DNA of 32,000 nucleotides from an uncultured Methanosarcinales archaeon (lineage in GTDB: Archaea; Nanobdellota; Nanobdellia; Woesearchaeales; CAYSVS01). The notes beneath the pieces are model-generated. The model was given only the letters and a program-made list of their open reading frames with translations. It made no database searches and was not told the DNA's origin. This document shows positions 8,711 through 17,679 of this stretch, one piece after another (within the stretch, counting starts at the first letter, position 1; each line of letters begins with the position of its first letter). The stretch covers positions 453-32,452 of the forward strand of contig CAZPRK010000002.1 of assembly GCA_964589485.1 (NCBI GenBank), given 5' to 3'. The translations under genes were made by a program, and so were the position numbers.

Positions 8711-9817
8711 ATGAAAAGTCAATTGGCGTCATTTGAGGTAGCATGTATAGTAAAAGAATTGCAAGAGTTAATTGGAGGGAAAATTGATAAAATTTTTCAG
8801 CCTTTAAAAAATGAATTAATTATACAGTTACATATCCCAAATATCGGAAAGAAATATTTAAAAATAGTTTCTGGCAGATTTATGTATTTAAGTTCTATAA
8901 AACAAAGTACTGTTAAACCACCTGGTTTTTGTATGTATTTAAGAAAAATTATTGGTCAAGCTAGAGTTAGAGGAATTAAACAATATGAATTTGAAAGAAT
9001 TGTTGAGCTTGAATTGGAAACTAAAGAAGATAAATTTAGTCTTATTTTTGAGTTATTTGGTACAGGGAATATACTTTTACTAAAAGATAATGTTATTTTA
9101 TCTGCAATTGAATATAAAAAATGGAAAGATAGGGATATTATGCCAAAACAAGAATATAATTATCCTAAAATGAAATATAATTTCTTAAAAATAACTGAAT
9201 CTGAATTGATTAAATTGTTAGAAGAAACTTCTAAGGAAAGTTTAGTTAAAGCTTTAGCTTTAGAATTAGGGTTAGGTGGAGTTTATGCAGAAGAATTATG
9301 TTTACGTGCAAAATTAAATAAAGATTCTTTACCTAATAAATTTAAAAAAATATCTGAATTATTTAATGAAATAAAAAAATTAAGAAAATTAAGTTTAAAG
9401 CCAATGGTTGTTGATAACGGGAAAGATATAACTCCTGTTGATTTGATGTATTATAAATTAGATAAAAAGCCTTTTTCATCTTTTAATGAAGCTTTAGATT
9501 CAATATTAAGTGAAAAAATTACTAAAGATATTAAAACTAAACTTGAAACTACTAAAAATAAAGATATTGTTAAAGTTGAAGCTATAATTAACGCTCAAAC
9601 TAAAGTTATAAAAAAGTTAACTAAAAATGAAGAATTGAATAAACAAAAAGCTGAATTGATTTATTCAAATTATAATTTGCTTGAGAATATAATTAAAGAA
9701 ATGAAAAAAGCAATGAGTAAGTTTACAGAAAAAGAAATTAAATCGAAATTGAAAGGACATAAAATAGTAAAAAGTTTTGATTTTAAAGAAAAGGCGATTG
9801 AAATTGAGTTCGAATAG
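8711..9817 (+). CDS. NFACT-N (FbpA/RqcH/Rqc2-like) protein, C-terminally short
   Basis: It has a typical NFACT-N start (MKSQLASFEVACIVKELQELIGGKIDKIFQP), ELFGTGNILL, an HhH-like LALELGLGGVYAEELC and a coiled-coil tail. No NFACT-R/DUF814 segment is present. The ATG at 8711 is preferred over 8672. Confidence 0.75.
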   Translation: MKSQLASFEVACIVKELQELIGGKIDKIFQPLKNELIIQLHIPNIGKKYLKIVSGRFMYLSSIKQSTVKPPGFCMYLRKIIGQARVRGIKQYEFERIVELELETKEDKFSLIFELFGTGNILLLKDNVILSAIEYKKWKDRDIMPKQEYNYPKMKYNFLKITESELIKLLEETSKESLVKALALELGLGGVYAEELCLRAKLNKDSLPNKFKKISELFNEIKKLRKLSLKPMVVDNGKDITPVDLMYYKLDKKPFSSFNEALDSILSEKITKDIKTKLETTKNKDIVKVEAIINAQTKVIKKLTKNEELNKQKAELIYSNYNLLENIIKEMKKAMSKFTEKEIKSKLKGHKIVKSFDFKEKAIEIEFE

Positions 9818-10691
9818 TTTATTAAAAAGATATGTAAAGTTAGGTGAGACTTTTGACCCTGCTACTGTTAAGTTAGAGTCTAGCTTAAGAGTAAATACAT
9901 TAAGAATAAAGGAAGAAGATTTAGTTTTAAGGTTAGAAAAAAAAAGGATTAAGTTAGAAAAAATACCTTGGCTTACTCATGGATATCATTATAGAAGCTA
10001 TTTTTCACTTGGAGCTACTCAAGAATATTTACAAGGTTATTATTTTTTACAAGAATCAGCTTCTCAAGCTGCAGTTGAAGCATTAAACCCTCAACCAGGA
10101 GAAACAGTGTTAGATATGGCTGCTTCACCTGGAGGAAAAACAACTCAAATTGCACAATATATGGAAAATAAAGGAAAAATAGTTGCTCTGGAAAAAAATA
10201 AAAAAAGGTTAAATGCTTTAATTAATAATATTCAAAGAATGGGAGTTACTAATTGTTTAGTATATGGGATTGATGCATTAAATGTAGAAATTTTAAAATT
10301 AGAATTTGATAAAGTTTTATTGGATGCACCATGTTCAGGGAACTTTACATCTGAATCAAAATGGTTTGAGAAACGGGACATGGAAGGAATACATAAAAAT
10401 GCTAAATTACAAAGAGAAATGTTAATTAAAGCATTTTCTGTTTTAAAGAAAAATGGAGTTTTGGTTTATAGTACTTGCAGCATGGAACCTGAAGAAAATG
10501 AATTAAATATTGAATGGCTTATGGATAAATTTGATACTAAGGTTGAAAAAATTGAAATTAAAAATGGATCCAATGGATTAACTCAAGTTTTTAATAATTC
10601 TATACGGAAAGAAATATCTAAAACTAAACGGTTTTGGCCACATTTACACCATACTCAAGGTTTTTTTATTGCTAAAATTACAAAAAAATGA
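9777..10691 (+). CDS. NOL1/NOP2/Sun-family RNA cytosine-C5 methyltransferase
   Basis: It has a SAM motif (DMAASPGGKT) and catalytic Cys motifs (DAPCSG, YSTCS). The start is uncertain: TTG codons at 9798 and 9804 would reduce the overlap with the upstream gene. Confidence 0.85.
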   Translation: MILKKRRLKLSSNSLLKRYVKLGETFDPATVKLESSLRVNTLRIKEEDLVLRLEKKRIKLEKIPWLTHGYHYRSYFSLGATQEYLQGYYFLQESASQAAVEALNPQPGETVLDMAASPGGKTTQIAQYMENKGKIVALEKNKKRLNALINNIQRMGVTNCLVYGIDALNVEILKLEFDKVLLDAPCSGNFTSESKWFEKRDMEGIHKNAKLQREMLIKAFSVLKKNGVLVYSTCSMEPEENELNIEWLMDKFDTKVEKIEIKNGSNGLTQVFNNSIRKEISKTKRFWPHLHHTQGFFIAKITKK

Positions 10692-11950
10692 AATTATTTT
10701 CTAAATCTATTAAATTTAAAAACCCAATTAAAGTTTATGAAGAATATAGATCAAAAAATTCTATATTGTTAGAAAGTCAAAAGAATGGAAGATATAGTTA
10801 CATTGCTTTAAACCCAGATATGATTTTTAGAAGTAAAAATGGAAATATTACTATTTCTAAAGGAAACAAAGTAATTAAAAAAAAAGGAGATGTAGTTAAA
10901 GAGTTACGTAAAATATTTTATAAAAAAATTCTTAGAAAAAATTTACCTTTGTTTTATTCAGGAGGGATAGGATATTTTGCTTATGATTTTATAAAAAAAC
11001 ATAAAATAGATGATTTGAATTTATCTGATGTGTATTTAATTTTTCCTAGAACAATTATATTTTTTGATCATTTAAAGAAAAAATCTAAAATAATTTCTAA
11101 AGATATGGATTTTAGTTTTGATAAGATTAAAAGTTTTAATACAAAACATAATAAAGTTAATTTTGTTTCAAATTTTAAATATAAAGATTATATAAAAAAT
11201 GTTAATAAATGTATAGAGTATATTAAAGCAGGAGATTCATTTCAAATTAAAATAAGTCAAAGATTTGAATGTACAATTAATGAAGATACTTTTGAAATAT
11301 ATAAACGGTTACGTAAAATAAATCCTTCTCCTTATGCATCTTACATGGAATTAGATGGATTTAGTGTTATTTCATGTTCACCTGAACATTTGATTAAAGT
11401 AGAAAATAATGTATTAGAAACTAGACCAATAGGTGGAACGTATCCTGTAACTAAAAAAGTTTCTGATTTTTTAAAAGATAGTAAAGAAAATGCTGAACAT
11501 AACATGTTAATTGACCTTGAAAGAAATGACTTAGGAAGGGTTGCTTCTTTTGGTTCAGTTAAAGTAAATGAAAATAAAGTTATTGAAAAATATTCACATT
11601 TAATTCATTTAGTAACAAATATTAAAGCTAAATTAGGGAAAGGAGATGTTTTTGATGTATTTATGTCAATGTTTCCTGGAGGGACTGTCACAGGATGCCC
11701 AAAGAAACGAACAATGGAAATTATAAGTGAAATGGAACCTATTAGTAGAGGATTGTATACAGGAAGTATTGGTTTTATTAATTATTCAAATGAAATGGAT
11801 TTTAATATTATTATTCGAACTTTAGTTGTGAAAGGAAATAAAGGATATGTTCAGGTAGGCGGGGGTATTGTTGCAGATTCAAAACCTAAAAAAGAATATA
11901 ATGAAACTATAATTAAAGGAAAAGCTTTATTTGAGGCGATTAATTTATGA
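10688..11950 (+). CDS. pabB: Aminodeoxychorismate synthase component I (chorismate-binding enzyme)
   Basis: It has the motifs SPEHLIKV..ETRPIGGT, EHNMLIDLERNDLGRV and PGGTVTGCPKKRTMEII..E...RGLYTGSIGF. The PabB rather than TrpE call rests on its context with pabA, pabC, folP and folBK. Confidence 0.8.
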   Translation: MKLFSKSIKFKNPIKVYEEYRSKNSILLESQKNGRYSYIALNPDMIFRSKNGNITISKGNKVIKKKGDVVKELRKIFYKKILRKNLPLFYSGGIGYFAYDFIKKHKIDDLNLSDVYLIFPRTIIFFDHLKKKSKIISKDMDFSFDKIKSFNTKHNKVNFVSNFKYKDYIKNVNKCIEYIKAGDSFQIKISQRFECTINEDTFEIYKRLRKINPSPYASYMELDGFSVISCSPEHLIKVENNVLETRPIGGTYPVTKKVSDFLKDSKENAEHNMLIDLERNDLGRVASFGSVKVNENKVIEKYSHLIHLVTNIKAKLGKGDVFDVFMSMFPGGTVTGCPKKRTMEIISEMEPISRGLYTGSIGFINYSNEMDFNIIIRTLVVKGNKGYVQVGGGIVADSKPKKEYNETIIKGKALFEAINL

Positions 11951-12513
11951 TTTTAATAATAGATAATTATGATTCTTTTACTTATAATATATATCAAAGG
12001 TTAGGAGAAATGGGGTTTAAGTCATTAGTTGTTAAAAATGATGAAGTTTCAATTTCTAAAGTAAAAAAAATAAATCCAAGTCATATTATTATTTCTCCTG
12101 GACCGTGTACTCCAAATGAATCAGGAAAAAGTAATTTGATTATTAAACATTTTTATAAAAAAGTTCCAATATTGGGAATTTGTTTAGGTCATCAATGTAT
12201 AGCTCAAGTATTTGGATCAAAAATGATTAGAACTATTCCATTTCATGGGAAGCCTGACTTTTTTAGTCATAATAAAGATGAATTGTTTAAAGGGATAAAA
12301 CAAAAATTTATTGCTGCAAGATATCATTCTTTAATTGTTCAAAGTTTACCTAAAGATTTTGAATTAATATCTTGGAATAAAGAAAATTTAATCATGGGGA
12401 TTAAACATAAACAGTTTAATTTATATGGAATACAGTTTCATCCTGAGAGTATTTTGACAGATGTTGGATATAAATTGTTAAGGAATTTTGTAAATGTATG
12501 CCATAATAAATGA
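11947..12513 (+). CDS. pabA: Aminodeoxychorismate/anthranilate synthase glutamine amidotransferase component II
   Basis: It has triad motifs (GICLGHQ, QFHPES), typical for class-I GATase. It overlaps pabB by 4 nt. Confidence 0.85.
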   Translation: MILIIDNYDSFTYNIYQRLGEMGFKSLVVKNDEVSISKVKKINPSHIIISPGPCTPNESGKSNLIIKHFYKKVPILGICLGHQCIAQVFGSKMIRTIPFHGKPDFFSHNKDELFKGIKQKFIAARYHSLIVQSLPKDFELISWNKENLIMGIKHKQFNLYGIQFHPESILTDVGYKLLRNFVNVCHNK

Positions 12514-13282
12514 TAAATTGGAAAAAAGTGCTAAAATTAGCGTTTATGATAGAGGTTTTTTGTTAGGTGACGGTATATTTGAAACTTTAAGAGTATATAA
12601 TGGAAAAATTTTATTCTTTGATGAACATTATAAAAGGTTTTGTAATTCTGCAAAATTGATAAAATTAGATTATAAATTTAGTAAACTGAAGTTATTAGAT
12701 AATGTAAATAAATTGATTATTAAAAATAAATTAGTTAATGCTAAGATAAGAATAACTGTAACACGGGGAGAAAGTAAATTAGGGTTAGCTTTTGGTAAAG
12801 TTAAACCAAATATTATTATTTTATCTGAGGAAGTTAAATTACTTGATTCTTGTAATATTGTAACTTTTAATTCTTTTAGAGAATATCCTGAAATTAAATC
12901 TTTAAGTTACTTGAAAAATGTAATGGCAAAATTACATGCTCAAGAAAATAATGCATTTGAATCTATATTTGTTCATGAAGGATATATTGGAGAAGGAAGT
13001 TTTTCTAATATTTTTATTGTTAAAAATGGAGTTGTTATTACACCTGAAAAAAATATTTTACATGGAATAACTAGGGATATTGTGATTAAGTTATGTAATT
13101 CTATTAAATTAGTTCAAAGAAGAGTTAAATTGAAAGAATTATTAGATGCAGATGAAGTTTTTATTACATTTAGTTCATGTGGTGTAGTTCCAGTATATAA
13201 AGTAAACAATAAATTTAAAAGACAAAATACTCTTTCTCAAAAGATTAAGAGTTTATATGAGGATTATATTGATAATGTTTAA
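12494..13282 (+). CDS. pabC: Class IV aminotransferase-fold protein, likely aminodeoxychorismate lyase
   Basis: It has YDRGFLLGDGIFETLRVYNGKILFFDEHYKRF and the class IV fold pattern. Function is assigned from operon position. Confidence 0.7.
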   Translation: MYAIINDKLEKSAKISVYDRGFLLGDGIFETLRVYNGKILFFDEHYKRFCNSAKLIKLDYKFSKLKLLDNVNKLIIKNKLVNAKIRITVTRGESKLGLAFGKVKPNIIILSEEVKLLDSCNIVTFNSFREYPEIKSLSYLKNVMAKLHAQENNAFESIFVHEGYIGEGSFSNIFIVKNGVVITPEKNILHGITRDIVIKLCNSIKLVQRRVKLKELLDADEVFITFSSCGVVPVYKVNNKFKRQNTLSQKIKSLYEDYIDNV

Positions 13283-14060
13283 CGAAAATAGAACTTACAT
13301 AATGGGAGTATTGAATGTTACACCTGATAGTTTTCATGATGGTGGAAAGTTTATAGATTTTAATCTAGCAATTGAACATGCAAAACAAATGATTCAAGAT
13401 GGTGTAGATATTATAGATGTGGGAGGGGAAAGTACTAAGCCTGGGTCTGATCCTGTAAGTGAAGAAGAAGAAATAAATAGAGTTATTCCTATCATTAAAA
13501 AGTTATCTTCACTTGATGTTATAATTTCAATAGATACTTCTAAACCTAGAGTAGCAGAACTTGCATTAAATGCAGGGGCTCACATTATCAATGATGTAAC
13601 TGGGTTAGATTTTGAGATGAGGGCAGTTGCATCTAAATTTAAATGTCCAGTTATTATAATGCATATGAAAGGAAAACCAAAAACTATGCAGAAAGATGTT
13701 GAATATGGTGATGTTGTTCAAGAAATAAAAGAGTTTCTTTCAGAAAGAGTTAAGTTAGCAAAAGAATCTGGAATAAATGAAATTTTCATAGATCCTGGGA
13801 TTGGATTTGGAAAAGAATTAAAACATAATTTGGAATTAATTAGAAGATTAAATGAATTTAATGAAGTTGCTCCTATTTTATTAGGTGTTTCTAGAAAATC
13901 TTTTATAGGGAAATTAATTGGTGAAGAAAATACTAATGAAAGGTTAGAAGGAAGTTTATCGGCTGCCGTGATAGGGATAATGAACGGTGCTAAAATAATT
14001 CGTGTACATGACGTAAAAGAAAGTAAAAGAGCTGCTTTGATTGCAGATAGTATAAAATGA
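13257..14060 (+). CDS. folP: Dihydropteroate synthase
   Basis: It has the motifs IMGVLNVTPDSFHDGG, DVGGESTKPG, DPGIGFGK and RVHDV. An alternative start at ATG 13275 is possible. Confidence 0.92.
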   Translation: MRIILIMFNENRTYIMGVLNVTPDSFHDGGKFIDFNLAIEHAKQMIQDGVDIIDVGGESTKPGSDPVSEEEEINRVIPIIKKLSSLDVIISIDTSKPRVAELALNAGAHIINDVTGLDFEMRAVASKFKCPVIIMHMKGKPKTMQKDVEYGDVVQEIKEFLSERVKLAKESGINEIFIDPGIGFGKELKHNLELIRRLNEFNEVAPILLGVSRKSFIGKLIGEENTNERLEGSLSAAVIGIMNGAKIIRVHDVKESKRAALIADSIK

Positions 14061-14869
14061 CAAAAATAAAAATAAATAATGCGAAATATTCTTGTATTGT
14101 AGGAATAAATGAAGAAGAAAAATCTATTAAAAGAGATATTTTTATTGATTTAGAGTTAAAATATGATATTATTCAATCGGTTGTTACTGATAATTTAGAA
14201 TATACTATTGATTATAGAACTGTAAATGAAATTGTTAAAGACTTAATTGAAAATAAAAATTATTGTTTAATTGAAACAATGGCTGAAGATATAATACATA
14301 ATATTACTTCTAATTTCAGAGTAGATTATATTAAAATTAATTTAAGAAAACCAACTGGGATAGAAAATGCAGATTCTTCTGAAATTGAAATTACTAGAGA
14401 ATTAAATAAAGTGTTTATTGCTCTAGGATCTAATATGGGAGATAAAGAAAAAAATATAGATAAAGCGATTGAGTTAATTTTAAGGAAAAGTAAATTAATT
14501 TCAAAATCTTCTTTTTTACAAAATCCACCTGAATTTTATAAAGATCAAGATGATTTTGTTAATGCTGTAATTTGTGTTGAAACTTATCTTGAGTCACGAG
14601 AATTAATTAATTTTTTATTGTCAATTGAAACTGAAGTTTTTAAACGTGAAAGGTTAATTAAAAATGGACCTAGGCCTATAGATTTAGATATCATTTTCTT
14701 TGGAAATAAAATTATCAATGAAGAAGGATTAAGAATTCCGCATCCTCATATGCATGAAAGATTCTTTGTTTTAAAACCAATGAAAGAAATTGCTTCTGAA
14801 TTTGTTCATCCTACATTGAATAAGACAATAAGTGAATTATTTTTACTTGAATCTAATCCCAAGCAATAA
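14057..14869 (+). CDS. folBK: Fused dihydroneopterin aldolase / HPPK
   Basis: The N-terminal half is FolB-like (IVGINEEEK...DNLEYTIDYRTVNEIV...LIETMAEDI). The C-terminal half is FolK-like (IALGSNMGD, RPIDLDI, PHPHMHERFFVLKP). Confidence 0.88.
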   Translation: MTKIKINNAKYSCIVGINEEEKSIKRDIFIDLELKYDIIQSVVTDNLEYTIDYRTVNEIVKDLIENKNYCLIETMAEDIIHNITSNFRVDYIKINLRKPTGIENADSSEIEITRELNKVFIALGSNMGDKEKNIDKAIELILRKSKLISKSSFLQNPPEFYKDQDDFVNAVICVETYLESRELINFLLSIETEVFKRERLIKNGPRPIDLDIIFFGNKIINEEGLRIPHPHMHERFFVLKPMKEIASEFVHPTLNKTISELFLLESNPKQ

Positions 14870-15391
14870 AAGTTCTTCATTTGTTCCTCTATTCCACTTA
14901 CCTTGTCCACCATTTGATAAATGACGCCATATATATTCAGCAGTAAATGATTTATTTTTAGTTATTGTTGTAGTAATTCCAAATCCAAAATAACTTTCAA
15001 ATTCTAATATACTATCTATATATTTATTTTTTTCATCTGTTTGAGCATCTGTTAAGAAAGCTCCAAGTCCAGCAGTAACATGTAAAGGAGAATGTGTATG
15101 GATTCTAATATTTTCAGATAATCCTATTGCTCCATGACCAGGTGTATTGTTTTCAAAATTAGTATAAGTTAATTCATGGGATAAACTAAATTTTAACCAT
15201 TTCCTTTTTTTTAAATGTTCATCCCTGAATTTAATTGTTCTAAGCCTATAATCGTTTCTTTTAGAATGGCTTGATACAGATGAACCATATATGATTTCAG
15301 TTGGAGTTTTAGTTAATTCTGCTACATAATGTCCCAAGTCTTGTGTATATGAAGTTGCTAAGTTTAATGCAAATAATAAAGTCTTTTTCAT
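14843..15391 (-). CDS. PagL/acyloxyacyl-hydrolase family (lipid A 3-O-deacylase-like) beta-barrel protein
   Basis: The C-terminal block AGLGAFL..LEFESYFGFGI..AEYIWRHLSNGGQGKWNRGTNEELLLLGIRFK parallels the P. aeruginosa PagL pattern (AGIGVAAF..LNFEDRIGAGL..IHYSNAG..N.G.E). It has a hydrophobic N-terminus and a near-terminal aromatic residue. It is convergent with folBK, overlapping by 27 nt. Confidence 0.7.
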   Translation of the reverse strand: MKKTLLFALNLATSYTQDLGHYVAELTKTPTEIIYGSSVSSHSKRNDYRLRTIKFRDEHLKKRKWLKFSLSHELTYTNFENNTPGHGAIGLSENIRIHTHSPLHVTAGLGAFLTDAQTDEKNKYIDSILEFESYFGFGITTTITKNKSFTAEYIWRHLSNGGQGKWNRGTNEELLLLGIRFK

Positions 15392-15436
15392 TAAGTAAGG
15401 AATAGGTTTATTCTTTATAAAAATAGTACCAAAAGC

Positions 15437-15444
15437 TTTATAAA
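15437..15444 (+). promoter_or_regulatory. TATA box of the 5S rRNA gene
   Basis: AAAGCTTTATAAATA places the TATA core about 23-30 nt upstream of the predicted 5S 5' end. Confidence 0.6.
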
Positions 15445-15466
15445 TAATCTCAGTTTTTTTACTTTT

Positions 15467-15580
15467 GGACGGTCATAGGGGCGTGGTTCACCTGTTCCCA
15501 TTTCGAACACAGAAGTTAAGAACGCCTCCGTTCAAGTGTGTACTGCACTTATGTGCGGGAAATCATGAAAGCTGTCCACC
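15467..15580 (+). rRNA. rrf: 5S ribosomal RNA
   Basis: The terminal helix pairs GGACGG with CTGTCC. The conserved CCCATTTCGAACACAGAAGTTAAG segment and a GTACTG...GGGAA loop-E region are present. It is a GC-rich island followed by a T5 run. Confidence 0.9.
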
Positions 15581-15585
15581 TTTTT
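15581..15585 (+). terminator. Oligo-T termination signal after the 5S rRNA
   Basis: TTTTT lies immediately after the closing helix of the 5S gene. This matches the archaeal oligo-T terminator type. Confidence 0.5.
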
Positions 15586-15627
15586 ATTCTAAAGTTATAT
15601 AAATGAAAAAACTTTCTACTAAAAATT

Positions 15628-16914
15628 ATGAAAATAACAGTAATAGGAGTAGGATATGTTGGATTAGTAACAGGAGCATGTTTTTCTGATTTAGGAAATG
15701 ATGTTATTTGTTTAGACGTTGATTCTTCTAAGATTGAAAATTTAAATAAAGGAATAATGCCTATATATGAACAAGGATTGAAAGATTTAGTTAATTTGAA
15801 TGTTCAACAAGAAAGGTTAACTTTTACAACTGATGTAAAATTTGCTATAGAAAATTCTGATGTTATTTTTATTGCAGTTGGTACTCCGCAAGATGAAGAA
15901 GGAAAAGCGGACTTAAAATATGTTAAAGAAGTTGCTAAAACTATTGGAACTTATATGAACACTTACAAAGTTATTGTAAATAAAAGTACAGTTCCAGTTG
16001 GAACTGGAGACTTAGTTAAATCTATAATTAAAAATGAAACAGATCATGAGTTTGATGTTGTAAGTAATCCTGAATTTTTAAAAGAAGGAGCTGCAATTAA
16101 AGATTTTATGACTCCAGATAGAGTTGTTTTGGGCGTTGAAAATGAAAAATCAAAAGAAATTATGTTACGGTTATACAAATCTTTGGAAAGAGTTGGAAAA
16201 CCAATTGTTTTAACTGACGTTAGAAGTGCAGAGTTAATTAAATATGCGTCAAATGCAATGCTTGCAACAAGAATATCTTTTATGAATGAATTATCAAGGT
16301 TATCTGAAAAAGTTAATGCTGATATTAAAAAAGTTGCAAGAGGTATAGGGTTAGATGATAGGATAGGACCTAGATTTTTACATGCAGGAGTTGGGTATGG
16401 AGGATCGTGTTTTCCGAAAGATATTCGAGCTTTAATTAACACTGGGAAAGAAAATCAAGTTAATTTGAAAATATTACAAGCAGTTGATGATGTTAATGAA
16501 GAACAAAAGAAAAGTATTGTTCCTAAAGTTTCAAAATTAGTTGGAGATTTATCTGGAAAAAAAATTGCAGTTTGGGGATTGGCATTTAAACCTAAGACTG
16601 ATGATGTAAGAGATGCTCCTGCTTTAGTTATTGTAAAAGAATTATTAGATAAAGGTTGTATAGTATTCGCTTTTGATCCAGTTGCTCAACATAATTTTTC
16701 TTCTTTGGTTTCAGGAGTAGAGTATGCAGAAAATCCTTACGATATTTTACAAGATGCAGATTGTTTGTTAATTTTAACAGAATGGGATTTGTTTAGAGAA
16801 CTTGACTTTGACAAAGTTAAAAGTTTAATGAAAAATCTTAATTTAGTAGATGGAAGAAACATATATGATCCCGAAGAAATGAAAGAATTTAATTATATTG
16901 GTGTAGGGAGATGA
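15628..16914 (+). CDS. ugd: UDP-glucose 6-dehydrogenase
   Basis: It has a Rossmann start (KITVIGVGYVGLVTGACFSDLGNDV), a catalytic GGSCFPKD and a C-terminal UDP-binding domain. TTATATAAAT lies about 30 nt upstream, so the mRNA is near-leaderless. Confidence 0.92.
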   Translation: MKITVIGVGYVGLVTGACFSDLGNDVICLDVDSSKIENLNKGIMPIYEQGLKDLVNLNVQQERLTFTTDVKFAIENSDVIFIAVGTPQDEEGKADLKYVKEVAKTIGTYMNTYKVIVNKSTVPVGTGDLVKSIIKNETDHEFDVVSNPEFLKEGAAIKDFMTPDRVVLGVENEKSKEIMLRLYKSLERVGKPIVLTDVRSAELIKYASNAMLATRISFMNELSRLSEKVNADIKKVARGIGLDDRIGPRFLHAGVGYGGSCFPKDIRALINTGKENQVNLKILQAVDDVNEEQKKSIVPKVSKLVGDLSGKKIAVWGLAFKPKTDDVRDAPALVIVKELLDKGCIVFAFDPVAQHNFSSLVSGVEYAENPYDILQDADCLLILTEWDLFRELDFDKVKSLMKNLNLVDGRNIYDPEEMKEFNYIGVGR

Positions 16915-17624
16915 AAGTAATTATTTTATGTGCAGGATATGCAACTAGACTTTATCCATTAACTATAGATAAACCTAAACCTTTACTTTCAGTTGGTGGA
17001 AAATTAATTATTGATTATATTTTAGATAAAGTAAAAGAAATAGATGTTTCCGATGTATTCGTAGTTACTAACGATAAATTTTATCCTTTGTTTAAAGAAT
17101 GGAATAATGATGTAAAAGTTATTAATGATAAAACTATTTCAAACGATGATAGATTAGGAGCAATAGGTGATATTCTTTATGTTATTGAAAATGAACATAT
17201 AGATGATGATGTTTTAGTTATAGCTGGAGATAATTTATTTGAATTTAGTTTACAGGAAATGCAAAATATGTTTAATGAAAAAGGAACTGTTGTTGCTTTC
17301 AGAGATGTTGGAGATAAAAATTTAATTGCAAACAAATTGGGAACAGCTGACCTTGATTCAAATAATAAAATAATTGAATTTTTAGAAAAACCTTCATTTC
17401 CAAAATCTACTTTAGCTGCAACTGCATGTTACATGTTTAAGAAAGAAGATTTAATTGAACTTAAAAAATGTATAGAAGAAAATAAAAAACCAGATAATTC
17501 TGGAGATTTTATTAAATATTTAATAAGTAAAAAGGATGTATATGCATTTGTGTTTAATGAGAAATGGTTTGATATTGGAAGTCATGATCAGTTAAAAGAA
17601 GCTGATGAATTTTATTCTGAATAA
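16911..17624 (+). CDS. Sugar-phosphate nucleotidyltransferase (glucose-1-phosphate NTP-transferase-like)
   Basis: It has the N-terminal motif ILCAGYATRLYPLTIDKPKPLL, a later GDNLF and WFDIGS. It overlaps ugd by 4 nt. Confidence 0.85.
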   Translation: MKVIILCAGYATRLYPLTIDKPKPLLSVGGKLIIDYILDKVKEIDVSDVFVVTNDKFYPLFKEWNNDVKVINDKTISNDDRLGAIGDILYVIENEHIDDDVLVIAGDNLFEFSLQEMQNMFNEKGTVVAFRDVGDKNLIANKLGTADLDSNNKIIEFLEKPSFPKSTLAATACYMFKKEDLIELKKCIEENKKPDNSGDFIKYLISKKDVYAFVFNEKWFDIGSHDQLKEADEFYSE

Positions 17625-17679
17625 AAATCCAAAACTATTTATATCATTTTAACTTAACTTTTTAAAACGGGGTGTTTTA

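Noticed and set aside
14843-15391. Bacterial contamination as the explanation for the PagL-like gene
   Set aside because: This is not adopted as the primary reading. The gene overlaps the folBK 3' end, shares the window's base composition, and is followed by a 5S gene with an archaeal-type promoter. It remains testable by read mapping.
16044-16442. 132-aa minus-strand ORF inside ugd
   Set aside because: It is antisense to a highly conserved UDP-glucose dehydrogenase and shows no recognisable motif.
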